From Oscillospiraceae bacterium (GTDB lineage Bacteria; Bacillota; Clostridia; Oscillospirales; CAG-382), in the NCBI GenBank assembly GCA_015064895.1, contig SVRI01000001.1, positions 202,787-266,786 on the forward strand: a stretch of 64,000 bases of DNA, in the 5' to 3' direction. The notes under the pieces are model-generated. The model had not been told where the DNA came from. It was given only the letters and a program-made list of their open reading frames with translations, and made no database searches. The stretch's first letter is position 1, and each line of letters starts with the position of its first letter. The translations under genes were made by a program, and so were the position numbers. Positions 15,936-25,951 of this stretch are shown piece by piece.

Positions 15936-17654
15936 TCACTTGATGAATATGCCGTTGAATACAGATCTCGGAGCAACAAACACACCGTTCATTGATACTG
16001 CATAATGGCACATTGTCTTGGTTGTTCCCGAAACGCCCGTGTCGGCACACGCAAAGCCTGTTGAACCTGCAATACCGATTATGGAGTTTTTCTTTTCAAC
16101 CATATCTCCTGCTTTTACATTGATGGAGCTTAAGTTGCCGTAGTAGCTGAGGATGCCGTAGCCGTGGTCGATAATGACAGTTTTTCCGAAAAGTGTTGTA
16201 TCTGCGGCAAATACAACCTTACCGTTGTTTGCGGCAACAATGTTCTGGTCGGTCATGCATTCAAGGTCGTGACCCATACTGATGTAGGATTCCTGTGCAC
16301 TGTTTATGCTGAATACAGTACGTGTTGTGCCGTAGGAAGCACCGCCGTCAACTACCCTTGAAGAACCTGTGGGGTAGGCAAATGCACCGTCATAAAGCAT
16401 CTCATTTGTACTTTCGCTTGTGTACTTCTGAACAAGCTCATCAATTTCGGTAAGAGCTGCCTTACTGAATGCCGCACTGAGATTGCTGTCTGTTTCTTCA
16501 TTGATAAGGAGCATCTGAGAACCGTATGCGGTGTCAGGCTCTTTCGTTGATACGGAAATATCAAATTCCTGTCCAAGGTCAGTCTTTAAAGTAAGCTTGT
16601 GTGTGGCAGTTCCGAGGGTTGAGCCCAAAGGAATAAATGTTATTTTCACATCGCTGTCTGCAAGGCTGTATACATTTACTTTTTCGGGAATGCCCATGCT
16701 GTTGACAATCGTAAGAAGCTCGCCGTCATTGAAGTCTGTTATTCTGAGAACTGTAAAGTCACCTGTAGGAAGTGCCTTTGTGTCAACAACTCTGTATGTG
16801 GGTGCCACATCAAACAGAAGGTCAAAATTGTAGGTTGACTTGCCAAAGAATTCTGCACCTTCAAGCTCAAACCATTCAGCGACCAGGGTTGCTTTGAGCT
16901 TTGCATCGTGAGTGTATGTGAGACGGTTTGAATTTTTGATGTCTTCAACGGTTCCTTCATATATGGGTTCGTTTGAGTCTTCGGGTAAAATTGTGATGGT
17001 AACCTTGTCGGGCTTTTTGTCGGAATTAAATTTGGGAAGACCGTTTTCGGTAAGGTCGAATTTAACTACGGGATTGGTCTTTCCGCCTGACGGAACAGAA
17101 ATAGACGCCTTTGATCCGTCTTCCTGAGTGTAAGTCCATTCACAACTGTCAGCCGCAAGGTTTGTTGTTACACCGAAGGCGGACATGCTCACAACGGGAA
17201 GAACCTCTGACAGGTCGGTTTTTTTACTGAATTCCTGCCGCGATATAAGCTTTGATGCAACCTGCTGTGAAAGAAGAAAATGCTGATTTTCGGGAATTAT
17301 ACACACATAGTCGGTTGTTTTTTCATGGGTGTAAAGCTTATATTCAACAGGATCGCTGTTTTTTTCGAAAAATGTGATTATATACGGAGTTTCCTTTGTA
17401 AGATCGCGGAAGTCGGCTGAAATGTCCGTAGCATCAACTGTCAGCGATGTATAGAAATCAATCGACTCTTTGTCGGTTATGTTGAATTTCGAACCTTCGG
17501 GTGTGGTAACCGTTACTTTTTCGAGGTTTCCGGGTGTTACCGAAAGGGGATCGACGTTAAGTCCGTATATGATTGCTATTATAAGAGGTATAAAAAGCAG
17601 CAGACATACTGCTATGCGAAGGGAGATGTTGCTTTTGAAGAAATTCTGTTTCAA
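15936..17654 (-). CDS. membrane-anchored protein with C-terminal LytM/M23-like domain (catalytic motifs look degenerate)
   Basis: 572 aa; N-terminal TM; C-terminus GKTVIIDHGYGILSYYGNLSSINVKAGDMV...IAGSTG...CHYAVSMNG resembles M23 but lacks clear HxxxD and HxH; TTG start. Confidence 0.65.
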   Translation of the reverse strand: MKQNFFKSNISLRIAVCLLLFIPLIIAIIYGLNVDPLSVTPGNLEKVTVTTPEGSKFNITDKESIDFYTSLTVDATDISADFRDLTKETPYIITFFEKNSDPVEYKLYTHEKTTDYVCIIPENQHFLLSQQVASKLISRQEFSKKTDLSEVLPVVSMSAFGVTTNLAADSCEWTYTQEDGSKASISVPSGGKTNPVVKFDLTENGLPKFNSDKKPDKVTITILPEDSNEPIYEGTVEDIKNSNRLTYTHDAKLKATLVAEWFELEGAEFFGKSTYNFDLLFDVAPTYRVVDTKALPTGDFTVLRITDFNDGELLTIVNSMGIPEKVNVYSLADSDVKITFIPLGSTLGTATHKLTLKTDLGQEFDISVSTKEPDTAYGSQMLLINEETDSNLSAAFSKAALTEIDELVQKYTSESTNEMLYDGAFAYPTGSSRVVDGGASYGTTRTVFSINSAQESYISMGHDLECMTDQNIVAANNGKVVFAADTTLFGKTVIIDHGYGILSYYGNLSSINVKAGDMVEKKNSIIGIAGSTGFACADTGVSGTTKTMCHYAVSMNGVFVAPRSVFNGIFIK

Positions 17655-17977
17655 ATCTGCATCAATTCCTTTCTGTGATTGTAATGGGGATGCATAGATA
17701 AAAGTTTGTAAATATACAACCTAATTATACATTTTTTGACTTGTTAAGTCAACATGTTTTTTGGCAATTTAATCAAAATATCAAAATCCATTAAAGGCTT
17801 GTTAAACAGTAGCTCCTTTTACCGTTCTGAAATGTAAAAGATGTATTAATAAATAAAAATATAGTAGAAACAAGTGTTGATTTATCATATAATCGGTGTT
17901 ATAATATAAATGTATAACTATGATAGTTGGGGAATTTTCCGTAAATACCCCGTATCGGAAAAGGAGGAAAGCAAAAA

Positions 17978-18673
17978 ATGTTTTATGCCATAGACATAAT
18001 TGTTATTTTGATTATGGCTTTGTCGGTATTTCTTGGCTTCAAAAGAGGCTTTGTCAAGACATTTTTTTCATGTTTTTCTCTTTTCATTGCACTTTTTCTG
18101 GCATCGGCATTGGGTCCGCATGTCGGTACACTTTTGAAACAGACACCGATATATGATGCGGTCGAAAAAAAGGTTGGCAATGAAATCACGGAATATGTTG
18201 ATGGGGTGCTGAGTGAAGGTGCCGCTTCATCGGCACTTTCAATAACACTTGACAGATTCGGCTTTGACAAAGAAGAAATAAAGGGCGGCTACGGCAAGGC
18301 GGTTGAAGAAGGAGTCGAGAATCCAAAGGAGCAGATTTGTGAAAAAATAACCGACAAAGCGGCAAGCTGTCTTGTCAATGCTTTGGGTGTTGTTATTGTG
18401 TTTGTTGCGGCATTTATACTGCTTGAAATAGCCGAAATAATTCTCTGTAAAATCGCAAAGCTGCCTGTTTTGAACATAATCAACAGAGTATGCGGACTTG
18501 CCGCGGGATTTGTGCTTGGTATTTTCGGTGTGTTTGTACTGTGCATGATATTGGAAGTTTTGCTTCCGTTTATTCCGCCAAACCCGATACTTTATATGGG
18601 CATTTACAAAAAAACGACCTTATATCAGTTGTTTCTTAATCTTAACCCTGTTATCTCAATGCTTTTTTCGTAG
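17978..18673 (+). CDS. CvpA family membrane protein
   Basis: MFYAIDIIVILIMALSVFLGFKRGFVKTFF... typical CvpA N-terminus; multiple TMs; AAGGAGG RBS. Confidence 0.6.
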   Translation: MFYAIDIIVILIMALSVFLGFKRGFVKTFFSCFSLFIALFLASALGPHVGTLLKQTPIYDAVEKKVGNEITEYVDGVLSEGAASSALSITLDRFGFDKEEIKGGYGKAVEEGVENPKEQICEKITDKAASCLVNALGVVIVFVAAFILLEIAEIILCKIAKLPVLNIINRVCGLAAGFVLGIFGVFVLCMILEVLLPFIPPNPILYMGIYKKTTLYQLFLNLNPVISMLFS

Positions 18674-18771
18674 AATAAAAAAGCAGGTAACAGCGTGGTG
18701 TCGGTAAAAAAGTGCCGACAAATGTTTCTCCGCAAAGCTTTCTTCCGAAAGCAATCAGAAAGGATATATTA

Positions 18772-21162
18772 ATGGCAACACTTTGTTCTAGATGTAAAAA
18801 AAGGCCTGCCATGGTTTTTGTCCAGCGAATGGACCCCGACGGCAGCAATGTACAAAACGAGGGCTTTTGCATTATCTGTGCAAAGGAACTCGGAATCAAA
18901 CCCGTTACGGATATGCTTGAAAAGATGGGCATAGACGACGAGCAGATGGAGCTGATGAGTCAGGAAATGGAAAACATTCTTGAATCAGGCGACTTTTCTG
19001 CCCTCATGAATCCCGACGGCTTTGATATGAAGGATGACGACGATTACGAAGATGATGAAGAGGACGATTCGGAAGAAGGACGAGCACCTTCAATCAATCT
19101 CGGCTCCATTTTCGGCAATCTAAATAATTTCCGCAAGAATGAAACAGACGGTGTAAAGGCTGACGGTGACACTAAGGGTGACACGAAAAAAAAGGAAAAA
19201 AAGAAAAAGGTCGATAAGCACCGCAAGAATCTTGAGGCATTTTGTCAGGACCTTACCGCAAAAGCAAGAGAGGGTAAGATTGACAAGGTTATAGGCCGTG
19301 AAAGAGAAATTGACAGAGTCACACAGATTCTTTCAAGACGTCAGAAAAACAACCCTTGTCTTATAGGTGAGCCCGGCGTGGGTAAAACTGCAATTGCCGA
19401 AGCACTTGCCATGAGAATTGCCGCAGGCGAAGTTCCTTACAAGCTGAGAAACCATGAAGTGCATCTTCTTGATATGACAAGCATGGTGGCAGGTACCCAG
19501 TTCAGAGGTCAGTTTGAAAACAGGATGAAATCGCTGATTGAGGAAATCAAACGCCTTGGCAATATCATTCTTGTTATAGATGAAATACACACCATCGCAG
19601 GTGCGGGAGATGCCGAGGGCGGTATGAATGCCGCAAACATTTTGAAGCCGGCACTTTCACGCGGCGAGGTTCAGATTATCGGTGCAACAACCCTTTCGGA
19701 ATACAGAAAGTATATCGAAAAGGATTCGGCACTTGAAAGAAGATTCCAGCCCGTTGTGGTTGCCGAGCCTTCGGTTAAGGATTCAATCGAAATTTTAAAG
19801 GGTATAAAGGGTTACTACGAAGAATTCCACGGCATAGTGATTCCTGATGAAACTGTCGAAAAGGCGGTTATATTCTCGGAAAGATACATTACCGACAGAT
19901 TTCTTCCCGACAAGGCAATAGACCTTCTTGATGAAGCATCAAGTTATCTTACCCTGAATGACGAAAATGTTCAGAACTGCGACATGTATAAGGCAAAGTA
20001 CGAGGAAGCTAAAAAGATCAGGGAAATGACCGAAGAGGATGCACCCGAGACGGATGATGAAGCCGAAAAGGAAAAGTACTTTGAAAAGGTTGCGGCGGCA
20101 AAGAGAAACGAGCTTGTATACGATTCGCTTTATCTTGAGGCTGCCGACTACCGCAAAAACGTTGTGCTGACACCGGCACATCTTGCGTCTGTTGTGGAAA
20201 TCTGGACAGGTATTCCTGCAAGCAACATAAATGAAAACGAATTTGTCCGCATAGACGGACTGGAAAAGAGACTTAAGGACAGAATCATAGGTCAGGACAA
20301 GGCGATAAGTGCTGTCACGAGGGCAATAAAGCGTTCAAGGGCAGGCATTTACACCAAGATAAAGCCTGTATCTTTCATCTTTGCAGGACCGACGGGCGTC
20401 GGAAAGACAGAGCTTGTAAAAACCCTTTCAAACGACCTTTTTGATTCACCCGAAGCTCTTATCCGTCTTGATATGTCCGAGTTTATGGAAAAGCATGCGG
20501 TGTCCAGAATTATCGGTGCACCTCCCGGATATGTGGGTTATGACGAAGCGGGACAGCTTACCGAAAAGATCAGAAGAAGACCCTACAGCGTGGTTCTCTT
20601 TGACGAGATTGAAAAGGCACATCCCGATGTACTCAACGTTCTTCTTCAGATACTCGACGACGGCAAGGTTACGGATGCCCACGGTAAGGAAGTAAACTTC
20701 TGCAACACAATTATTGTCATGACGACAAACGCAGGCTCTCAGAATACTTCAAATACCGCAGGTTTTTCAAAGACCGAAAATGAAGCCAACGAGGACAAGA
20801 CAAACAAGGCACTGTCCTCATTCCTGCGTCCCGAGTTCATGAACAGAATCGATGAGATTATCACATTCAATTCACTGACTAAGGAAGACTTTATCAGAAT
20901 TGCAAAGATAATGCTTGGAGAACTTTCGGCATCTCTCGCTGAAAAGGGCATTGCTCTTGAATATACAGACGAAATACCCTCCATTCTTGCCGACAAGTCC
21001 TACTCGGTAAAGTACGGTGCGAGAAATTTAAGACGCACCATTCAGACCGAAATCGAGGACAAGGCGTCCGAACTTATAATTTCAAGCTACGACAGCAAGA
21101 TGAGCGGAATCAGTATTTATGCTGAGAATGGTGAAATCAAGATTATCGTTACAAAGGCGTAG
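18772..21162 (+). CDS. Clp/Hsp100 double-AAA+ ATPase with N-terminal zinc-ribbon (ClpE/ClpC-like)
   Basis: CSRCKK...[10 protein letters not shown]-terminus; two Walker A sites ([18 protein letters not shown]); short coiled-coil M region; ATG 18772 with AAAGGA RBS. Confidence 0.88.
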   Translation: MATLCSRCKKRPAMVFVQRMDPDGSNVQNEGFCIICAKELGIKPVTDMLEKMGIDDEQMELMSQEMENILESGDFSALMNPDGFDMKDDDDYEDDEEDDSEEGRAPSINLGSIFGNLNNFRKNETDGVKADGDTKGDTKKKEKKKKVDKHRKNLEAFCQDLTAKAREGKIDKVIGREREIDRVTQILSRRQKNNPCLIGEPGVGKTAIAEALAMRIAAGEVPYKLRNHEVHLLDMTSMVAGTQFRGQFENRMKSLIEEIKRLGNIILVIDEIHTIAGAGDAEGGMNAANILKPALSRGEVQIIGATTLSEYRKYIEKDSALERRFQPVVVAEPSVKDSIEILKGIKGYYEEFHGIVIPDETVEKAVIFSERYITDRFLPDKAIDLLDEASSYLTLNDENVQNCDMYKAKYEEAKKIREMTEEDAPETDDEAEKEKYFEKVAAAKRNELVYDSLYLEAADYRKNVVLTPAHLASVVEIWTGIPASNINENEFVRIDGLEKRLKDRIIGQDKAISAVTRAIKRSRAGIYTKIKPVSFIFAGPTGVGKTELVKTLSNDLFDSPEALIRLDMSEFMEKHAVSRIIGAPPGYVGYDEAGQLTEKIRRRPYSVVLFDEIEKAHPDVLNVLLQILDDGKVTDAHGKEVNFCNTIIVMTTNAGSQNTSNTAGFSKTENEANEDKTNKALSSFLRPEFMNRIDEIITFNSLTKEDFIRIAKIMLGELSASLAEKGIALEYTDEIPSILADKSYSVKYGARNLRRTIQTEIEDKASELIISSYDSKMSGISIYAENGEIKIIVTKA

Positions 21163-21360
21163 GATGAACTAATTTAAGCCTTCCTCCCGGAGGAAGCCTT
21201 AGAGTAACACAATCTAACTAAGCCTTCCCCGTTGGGGAAGGTGGGTTGCGTCAGCAACTCGGATGAGGTTTGACGGATGAGGTTGAAATAATACACGGAT
21301 TGACCTCCTCAGTCACCTTTCGGTGACAGCTCCCCCTTCCCGAAGGGGAAGCCAAAAGCA
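21163..21360. repeat. family-2 element (hairpin, Y, then X) after the clp gene
   Basis: CTTCC..GGAAG (21180-21196); Y GCCTTCCCC-GTT-GGGGAAGGTGGGTTGCGTCAGCAACTCGGATGAGGT (21222-21269), with GGATGAGGT duplicated; X ACCTCCTCAGTCACC-TTTC-GGTGACAGCTCCCCC-TTCCCGAA-GGGGAAGCC (21303-21353). Confidence 0.9.
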
Positions 21361-21410
21361 GCATTCAATTTGAAATAAAAAAATACACACATAAAAAGGA
21401 GCAGATTATT

Positions 21411-22259
21411 ATGGCAAACAACATGACACTTCTCGTAATGGCAGCAGGTATGGGCAGCCGTTTCGGCGGTCTCAAGCAGATCGAACCCGTAGGTCCCGAC
21501 GGACAGGTTATTCTCGAATACTCTGTTTACGACGCACTTGAAGCAGGCTTCGACAAGGCTGTATTTATCATTAAGAAGGAAATCGAAACAGATTTCAGAA
21601 ACATCATAGGCAAGCGTATCGAAAAGATGATTGATGTAGAATATGCATTCCAGGAAATCGACAAGATTCCTGCACCCTTTACAGTTCCCGAAGGAAGAAT
21701 TAAGCCCTGGGGTACAGGCCACGCAGTTCTCTGTGCAAGAGAATTTGTAAACTCACCTTTTGCAGTTATCAACGCCGATGACTACTACGGCAAGGGCGGT
21801 TACAAGGTAGTTAAGGACCACTTCGATAACAGCAACGAATTCTGTATCGTAGGTTTCAAGCTCGCAAATACAGTTACAGAAAACGGCACAGTATCCAGAG
21901 GTATCTGCGAAATCGAAAACGGCTACCTCAAGAGTGTTGTTGAAACACACGAAATTCCTGCAAAGAACGACTATCCCGAAGACACAGTATGCTCCATGAA
22001 CATGTGGGGCTGCACACCCAAGCTCTTTGACGAGCTTGAAGTGGGCTTTGTTGACTTCCTCAAGGAAAGAGGAACAGAAATGAAGAGCGAATACCTCCTT
22101 CCCACAATCATTGACGGCATGATCAAGAACAAGGGCGAAAAGGTTAAGGCTCTTACTACAGATGCTAAGTGGTACGGTGTTACATACAAGGAAGACAAGC
22201 AGTCTGTTGTTGATGCGCTTGCGGCTTACACTGCACAGGGTCTCTACAAGAAGTTCTAG
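21411..22259 (+). CDS. sugar-phosphate nucleotidyltransferase family protein
   Basis: LLVMAAGMGSRFGGLKQIEPVG signature of the NTP_transferase fold. Confidence 0.75.
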   Translation: MANNMTLLVMAAGMGSRFGGLKQIEPVGPDGQVILEYSVYDALEAGFDKAVFIIKKEIETDFRNIIGKRIEKMIDVEYAFQEIDKIPAPFTVPEGRIKPWGTGHAVLCAREFVNSPFAVINADDYYGKGGYKVVKDHFDNSNEFCIVGFKLANTVTENGTVSRGICEIENGYLKSVVETHEIPAKNDYPEDTVCSMNMWGCTPKLFDELEVGFVDFLKERGTEMKSEYLLPTIIDGMIKNKGEKVKALTTDAKWYGVTYKEDKQSVVDALAAYTAQGLYKKF

Positions 22260-22455
22260 CGGGTAGCACCCGCAGGCAAATTCGCGGGTGATTTCTCGAC
22301 ACGCAGACTATCGGTGTCGCACAACGAACCTTTTGTTGCCGCCTATAAGGCACGCGGCAACAAAATTGCAACACCAATGAAGCATTATAAAACACTTAGG
22401 TTTCAATGCTCGATTGACCAATCACGACCACCGGGGCACGGCGGTCGTGATTTAC
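22260..22455. repeat. family-1 element (D-linker-B plus extra hairpin) starting at the stop codon
   Basis: TAG-CGGGTAGCACCCG-CAGGCAAATTCGCGGG; TCGGTGTCGCACAACGAACC; hairpin TTTTGTTGCCGC..GCGGCAACAAAA (22331-22364); hairpin ATCACGACCACC..GCGGTCGTGAT (22421-22451). Colinear with 63617-63810. Confidence 0.85.
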
Positions 22456-22499
22456 GTTTGTTAATTACAAAAATATGCTGAAAAATTATCCAAAACCCC

Positions 22500-22528
22500 T
22501 TGACATACGAGAAATTATATGCTAATAT
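22500..22528 (+). promoter_or_regulatory. sigma-A promoter of the his cluster
   Basis: TTGACA (22500-22505), 17 nt, TAATAT (22523-22528). Confidence 0.65.
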
Positions 22529-22631
22529 TTTAATGCTTTATCACTTTATCACACTAAAGCAACATAAAAACTCGTGAAAATGTGAAAATACAGTAAAATC
22601 TTGGCACAAGTCCATTCAAACGGAGGAAACC

Positions 22632-23849
22632 GTGAGTATAAGAAGAAAGAATATCCCCGACGGCATGAGGGATATGATATTTGGTGAAAACAAAACCGAA
22701 AAAAAACTCGGCGAGAGAATCTCGGCTCTTTATGAAAAGAGAGGCTACGGCAGTGTTGCAACACCTGCCCTTGAGTACTACGACGTATTCAACTTCGACA
22801 GCCAGACCATCGCCGAAGAAAACATGTTTAAACTTACCGACAAAAGCGGACGTCTTGTAGTTATCCGTCCCGACAACACCACCCCCATGGCGCGTATTGC
22901 GGCAACCAGACTTAAGAACGCTCCCCGCCCTTTAAAGATGTACTACAATCAGAACGTCTTCAGAATTTCAGGCGACTATTCGGGAAAGAGAAGCGAGTTT
23001 TCACAGGCAGGTATTGAAATTATCGGCGGAGAGTACGGCAAGGCTGACCTTGAAGCAATAGTAACGGCTCTAAGAACCCTTCGTGAAATGGGAGATTTCT
23101 ACGGCGGCGGCATCAATTACAAGCTTGAGCTTGGTCATGCCCGCTTCTGCCGTGCCCTTATCGACTCCTTCGGTCTCGATGAGGATAAAAAGGAGACGGT
23201 CAAGAAATATATCGGTGCCAAAAATTCTTCATCCCTCGAGGTTCTTTTCGGTGAGGATGAGGACGCAAGCGGTATAATGGAAACAATCCGCAGAATTCCG
23301 AGGCTCTACGGCGGTAAGAGTGTTATCGCTAAGGCAAGGGAATTATGCCGCGGCGTTGCTGATGCCGAGGATGCACTCGACTATCTTGAAAAGGTCTACG
23401 ACATTCTTGACATGAACGGATTTTCCGAGAATATATCCATCGACCTTGCCACCGTCAACGACATGGACTACTACACAGGCATTGTGTTCAGAGGCTATCT
23501 TGATTACACGGGCGACGTTATCCTCGGCGGCGGAAGATACGACAATCTTATGTCAAACTTCGGTGAGGGTGAGGGTGCGACAGGCTTTGGTGTAAATCTT
23601 TCGCTTGTTGCCGACAAGCTTTCAAGGGCAGTAGGAATGGGTGAAGAATCAGTAAGAAAGATACTTGTACACTACAGCGATATGAGTCTTCTTTCAAAGG
23701 CTATGAATTACATTGAAAACAGCGGTGATGTATGCGTGCTTTCCTGCTTCGACAATGTGAAGGACGCAATAGAAAACGCAAAGCAGAGCGGCATTTCAAG
23801 GGTTGTTGAAATTACCGACGACGGAATAAGCGAGGTGTGGTCGGAATGA
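22632..23849 (+). CDS. hisZ: ATP phosphoribosyltransferase regulatory subunit (HisRS paralogue)
   Basis: 405 aa class-II aaRS-like core; sits directly before and overlaps a short-form hisG; GTG start with GGAGG RBS. Confidence 0.85.
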   Translation: MSIRRKNIPDGMRDMIFGENKTEKKLGERISALYEKRGYGSVATPALEYYDVFNFDSQTIAEENMFKLTDKSGRLVVIRPDNTTPMARIAATRLKNAPRPLKMYYNQNVFRISGDYSGKRSEFSQAGIEIIGGEYGKADLEAIVTALRTLREMGDFYGGGINYKLELGHARFCRALIDSFGLDEDKKETVKKYIGAKNSSSLEVLFGEDEDASGIMETIRRIPRLYGGKSVIAKARELCRGVADAEDALDYLEKVYDILDMNGFSENISIDLATVNDMDYYTGIVFRGYLDYTGDVILGGGRYDNLMSNFGEGEGATGFGVNLSLVADKLSRAVGMGEESVRKILVHYSDMSLLSKAMNYIENSGDVCVLSCFDNVKDAIENAKQSGISRVVEITDDGISEVWSE

Positions 23850-24463
23850 TAAGAATTGCACTTACAAAGGGAAGAATCGAACAGAAGGCTGTCGAAATCT
23901 TCGAGAAAATCGGCTACGACTGCACAGAGCTTCACAATAAAGGAAGAAAATTATTCTTTGACATCGGAGACGGTGTTGAAGTGGTGCTTGCCAAGGCAAA
24001 CGATGTTGTTACCTACGTCGACCACGGTGTATGCGACATGGGTGTTGTGGGCAAGGATACAATAATGGAAATGGGAAGAAATCTTTATGAGTGTCTCGAC
24101 CTCGGCTTCGGCAAGTGCAGATTTGCTCTTGCATGCAAAAAGGATTTCGATTTCTTTGACGGCTACGGTCATAGAATTGTTGCTTCAAAGTATCCCAATG
24201 TCACAAAGGAATATTTCAGAAGCCGCGGACTTGACGTTGAGGTGGTAAAAATTGACGGCTCGGTTGAGCTTGCACCGCTCCTTGGTCTTTCCGACGGTAT
24301 TGTGGACATCGTTGAAACAGGCTCGACTCTCAAGGAAAACGGACTTGAGGTTGTCTGTGATGTCGCACCCATCAGCGCAAGGCTTATTGTCAATCCTGCA
24401 AGCCTTAAGCTCAAGAAGAACGGCATTGATAAGATAATTGACAGCATTGCGGAAACTTTATAA
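23846..24463 (+). CDS. hisG: ATP phosphoribosyltransferase, short form
   Basis: MIRIALTKGRIEQKAVEIFEKIGY...; ATGA overlap with the hisZ stop. Confidence 0.92.
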   Translation: MIRIALTKGRIEQKAVEIFEKIGYDCTELHNKGRKLFFDIGDGVEVVLAKANDVVTYVDHGVCDMGVVGKDTIMEMGRNLYECLDLGFGKCRFALACKKDFDFFDGYGHRIVASKYPNVTKEYFRSRGLDVEVVKIDGSVELAPLLGLSDGIVDIVETGSTLKENGLEVVCDVAPISARLIVNPASLKLKKNGIDKIIDSIAETL

Positions 24464-24491
24464 AAAAAACGGAAATTAGGAATTGAGGAAA

Positions 24492-25787
24492 ATGCTTAAC
24501 ATATACAAACTCGGAACAGCCGAATGCGACTCGTTCCTCTCAAAATTACAAAAGAGAGCCGCAAGCCCCGAAAAGTGGGTTATTGACACGGTAAATGAAA
24601 TACTCGACAATGTAAGAACCGGCGGCGACAAGGCGGTACTCGAATACACGGAAAAGTTCGACAAAGTAAAACTTACTTCAGACACGCTTGAAATGTCAAA
24701 GGAAGATTTACAAAAGGCGGCGGAGGGTATCGACAAGGACCTTTACGACACCATGGTAAAGGCGGCTGAAAACATAAGAAAGTACCATGAAAAACAGCTT
24801 CGCAAATCCTTCTTTTTGGACGAAGATGCCGACAAGACAATCGGTATGAGAATAACGCCCATGAGAAGAGCAGGTATCTACGTTCCCGGCGGCAGTGCGG
24901 CATATCCTTCAAGCGTGCTTATGAACTGCATTCCCGCAAAGGTTGCGGGTGTGTCCGAAATCATTATGACAACACCTCTCAGAGACGGTAAGATTCCTGC
25001 ACCCGTTGCGGCGGCGGCACTCATTTCGGGAGTTGACAGGGTATTCCTCTGCGGCGGTGCACAGGCAGTTGCGGCGCTTGCTTACGGTACAGAGACTATT
25101 CCGCAGGTTGACGTTATTGCAGGCCCCGGAAATGTTTTTGTTGCAACGGCAAAGAGACTTGTGTACGGCACGGTTGACATTGACATGATTGCAGGACCGA
25201 GTGAGGTTTTGGTTGTGGCGGACGAGAGTGCAAACCCGACCTACGTTGCGGCAGACCTTCTTTCACAGGCTGAACACGATGCTTTGGCTTCCAGTGTTCT
25301 TGTAACAAATTCATACGAACTTGCAGAAAAGGTTTCGGCTGAGATTGACAGACAGCTTTCATATTTAGAGCGAACCGAAATTGCAGGAAAATCCATTGAC
25401 GCTTTCGGTGCGGCAATTGTATGTGAAAATATGGACGATGCCTTCGAAATGGCAAACGAAATTGCACCCGAGCATCTTGAAGTTTTAACAAAAGACCCCA
25501 TGGGCGACCTTGACAAGGTGAGAAACGCAGGCTCTATTTTCCTCGGAGAAAACTCCCCCGAACCCTTGGGCGACTACTTTGCAGGTACAAACCACGTGCT
25601 TCCCACAAACGGAACGGCGAGATTTGCTTCACCTCTTTCGGTTGACACATTTATAAAGAAGTCGGGCGTAATATTCTACTCACGACAGGGACTTGAAAGC
25701 TATAAAGACGACATTATCCGTTTTGCTGAGTCCGAGGGACTTACGGCACATGCCAATTCGGTTAAAGTTCGCTTTGAAAACAACTAA
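24492..25787 (+). CDS. hisD: histidinol dehydrogenase
   Basis: Roughly 431 aa; AGPSEVLVVAD and SQAEHD motifs. Confidence 0.95.
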   Translation: MLNIYKLGTAECDSFLSKLQKRAASPEKWVIDTVNEILDNVRTGGDKAVLEYTEKFDKVKLTSDTLEMSKEDLQKAAEGIDKDLYDTMVKAAENIRKYHEKQLRKSFFLDEDADKTIGMRITPMRRAGIYVPGGSAAYPSSVLMNCIPAKVAGVSEIIMTTPLRDGKIPAPVAAAALISGVDRVFLCGGAQAVAALAYGTETIPQVDVIAGPGNVFVATAKRLVYGTVDIDMIAGPSEVLVVADESANPTYVAADLLSQAEHDALASSVLVTNSYELAEKVSAEIDRQLSYLERTEIAGKSIDAFGAAIVCENMDDAFEMANEIAPEHLEVLTKDPMGDLDKVRNAGSIFLGENSPEPLGDYFAGTNHVLPTNGTARFASPLSVDTFIKKSGVIFYSRQGLESYKDDIIRFAESEGLTAHANSVKVRFENN

Positions 25788-25925
25788 ATTGGCTCCCTTG
25801 TGTAAAGGGAGCTGTCAGCCTTGTGCTGACTGAGGGATTGTGAATGGAACGGCAATTGCCAATCCCTCCGAGTTTTGCCATTTGGCAAAACCCACCTCCC
25901 TTTGCACAAGGGAGGCAAAGAGACA
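25788..25925. repeat. family-2 element, inverted orientation and GGGAGG variant, between hisD and hisC
   Basis: GGCTCCC..GGGAGC, TGTCAGC-CTTGT-GCTGAC, TGAGGGATTG..CAATCCCTC, GTTTTGCC-ATTT-GGCAAAAC, CCACCTCCC..GGGAGG; the reverse complement is colinear with Y-X copies. Confidence 0.85.
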
Positions 25926-25951
25926 AATTGCAACTAAAAAAGGTAAAATTT

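Noticed and set aside
17736-17752. Inverted repeat TTGACTT-N3-AAGTCAA in the divergent region upstream of cvpA
   Set aside because: It is a single short palindrome in AT-rich DNA. It overlaps a plausible -35 and there is no second copy, so the evidence for an operator is insufficient.
18674-18771. CtsR operator upstream of the clp gene
   Set aside because: No GGTCAAA direct-repeat heptads were seen.
22529-22631. His-attenuator leader peptide or T-box upstream of hisZ
   Set aside because: The only small ORF (MLYHFITLKQHKNS) has two His codons and no following terminator/antiterminator. No T-box motifs were found.
25844-25951. N-terminal extensions in ORF-track calls for hisC (25844), hisH (30554), mfd (40519), the DUF512 gene (60718), clp (18712) and der (62272)
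   Set aside because: The extensions translate intergenic repeat sequence. Internal ATG/GTG starts have proper RBS spacing and match the canonical N-termini of the families.
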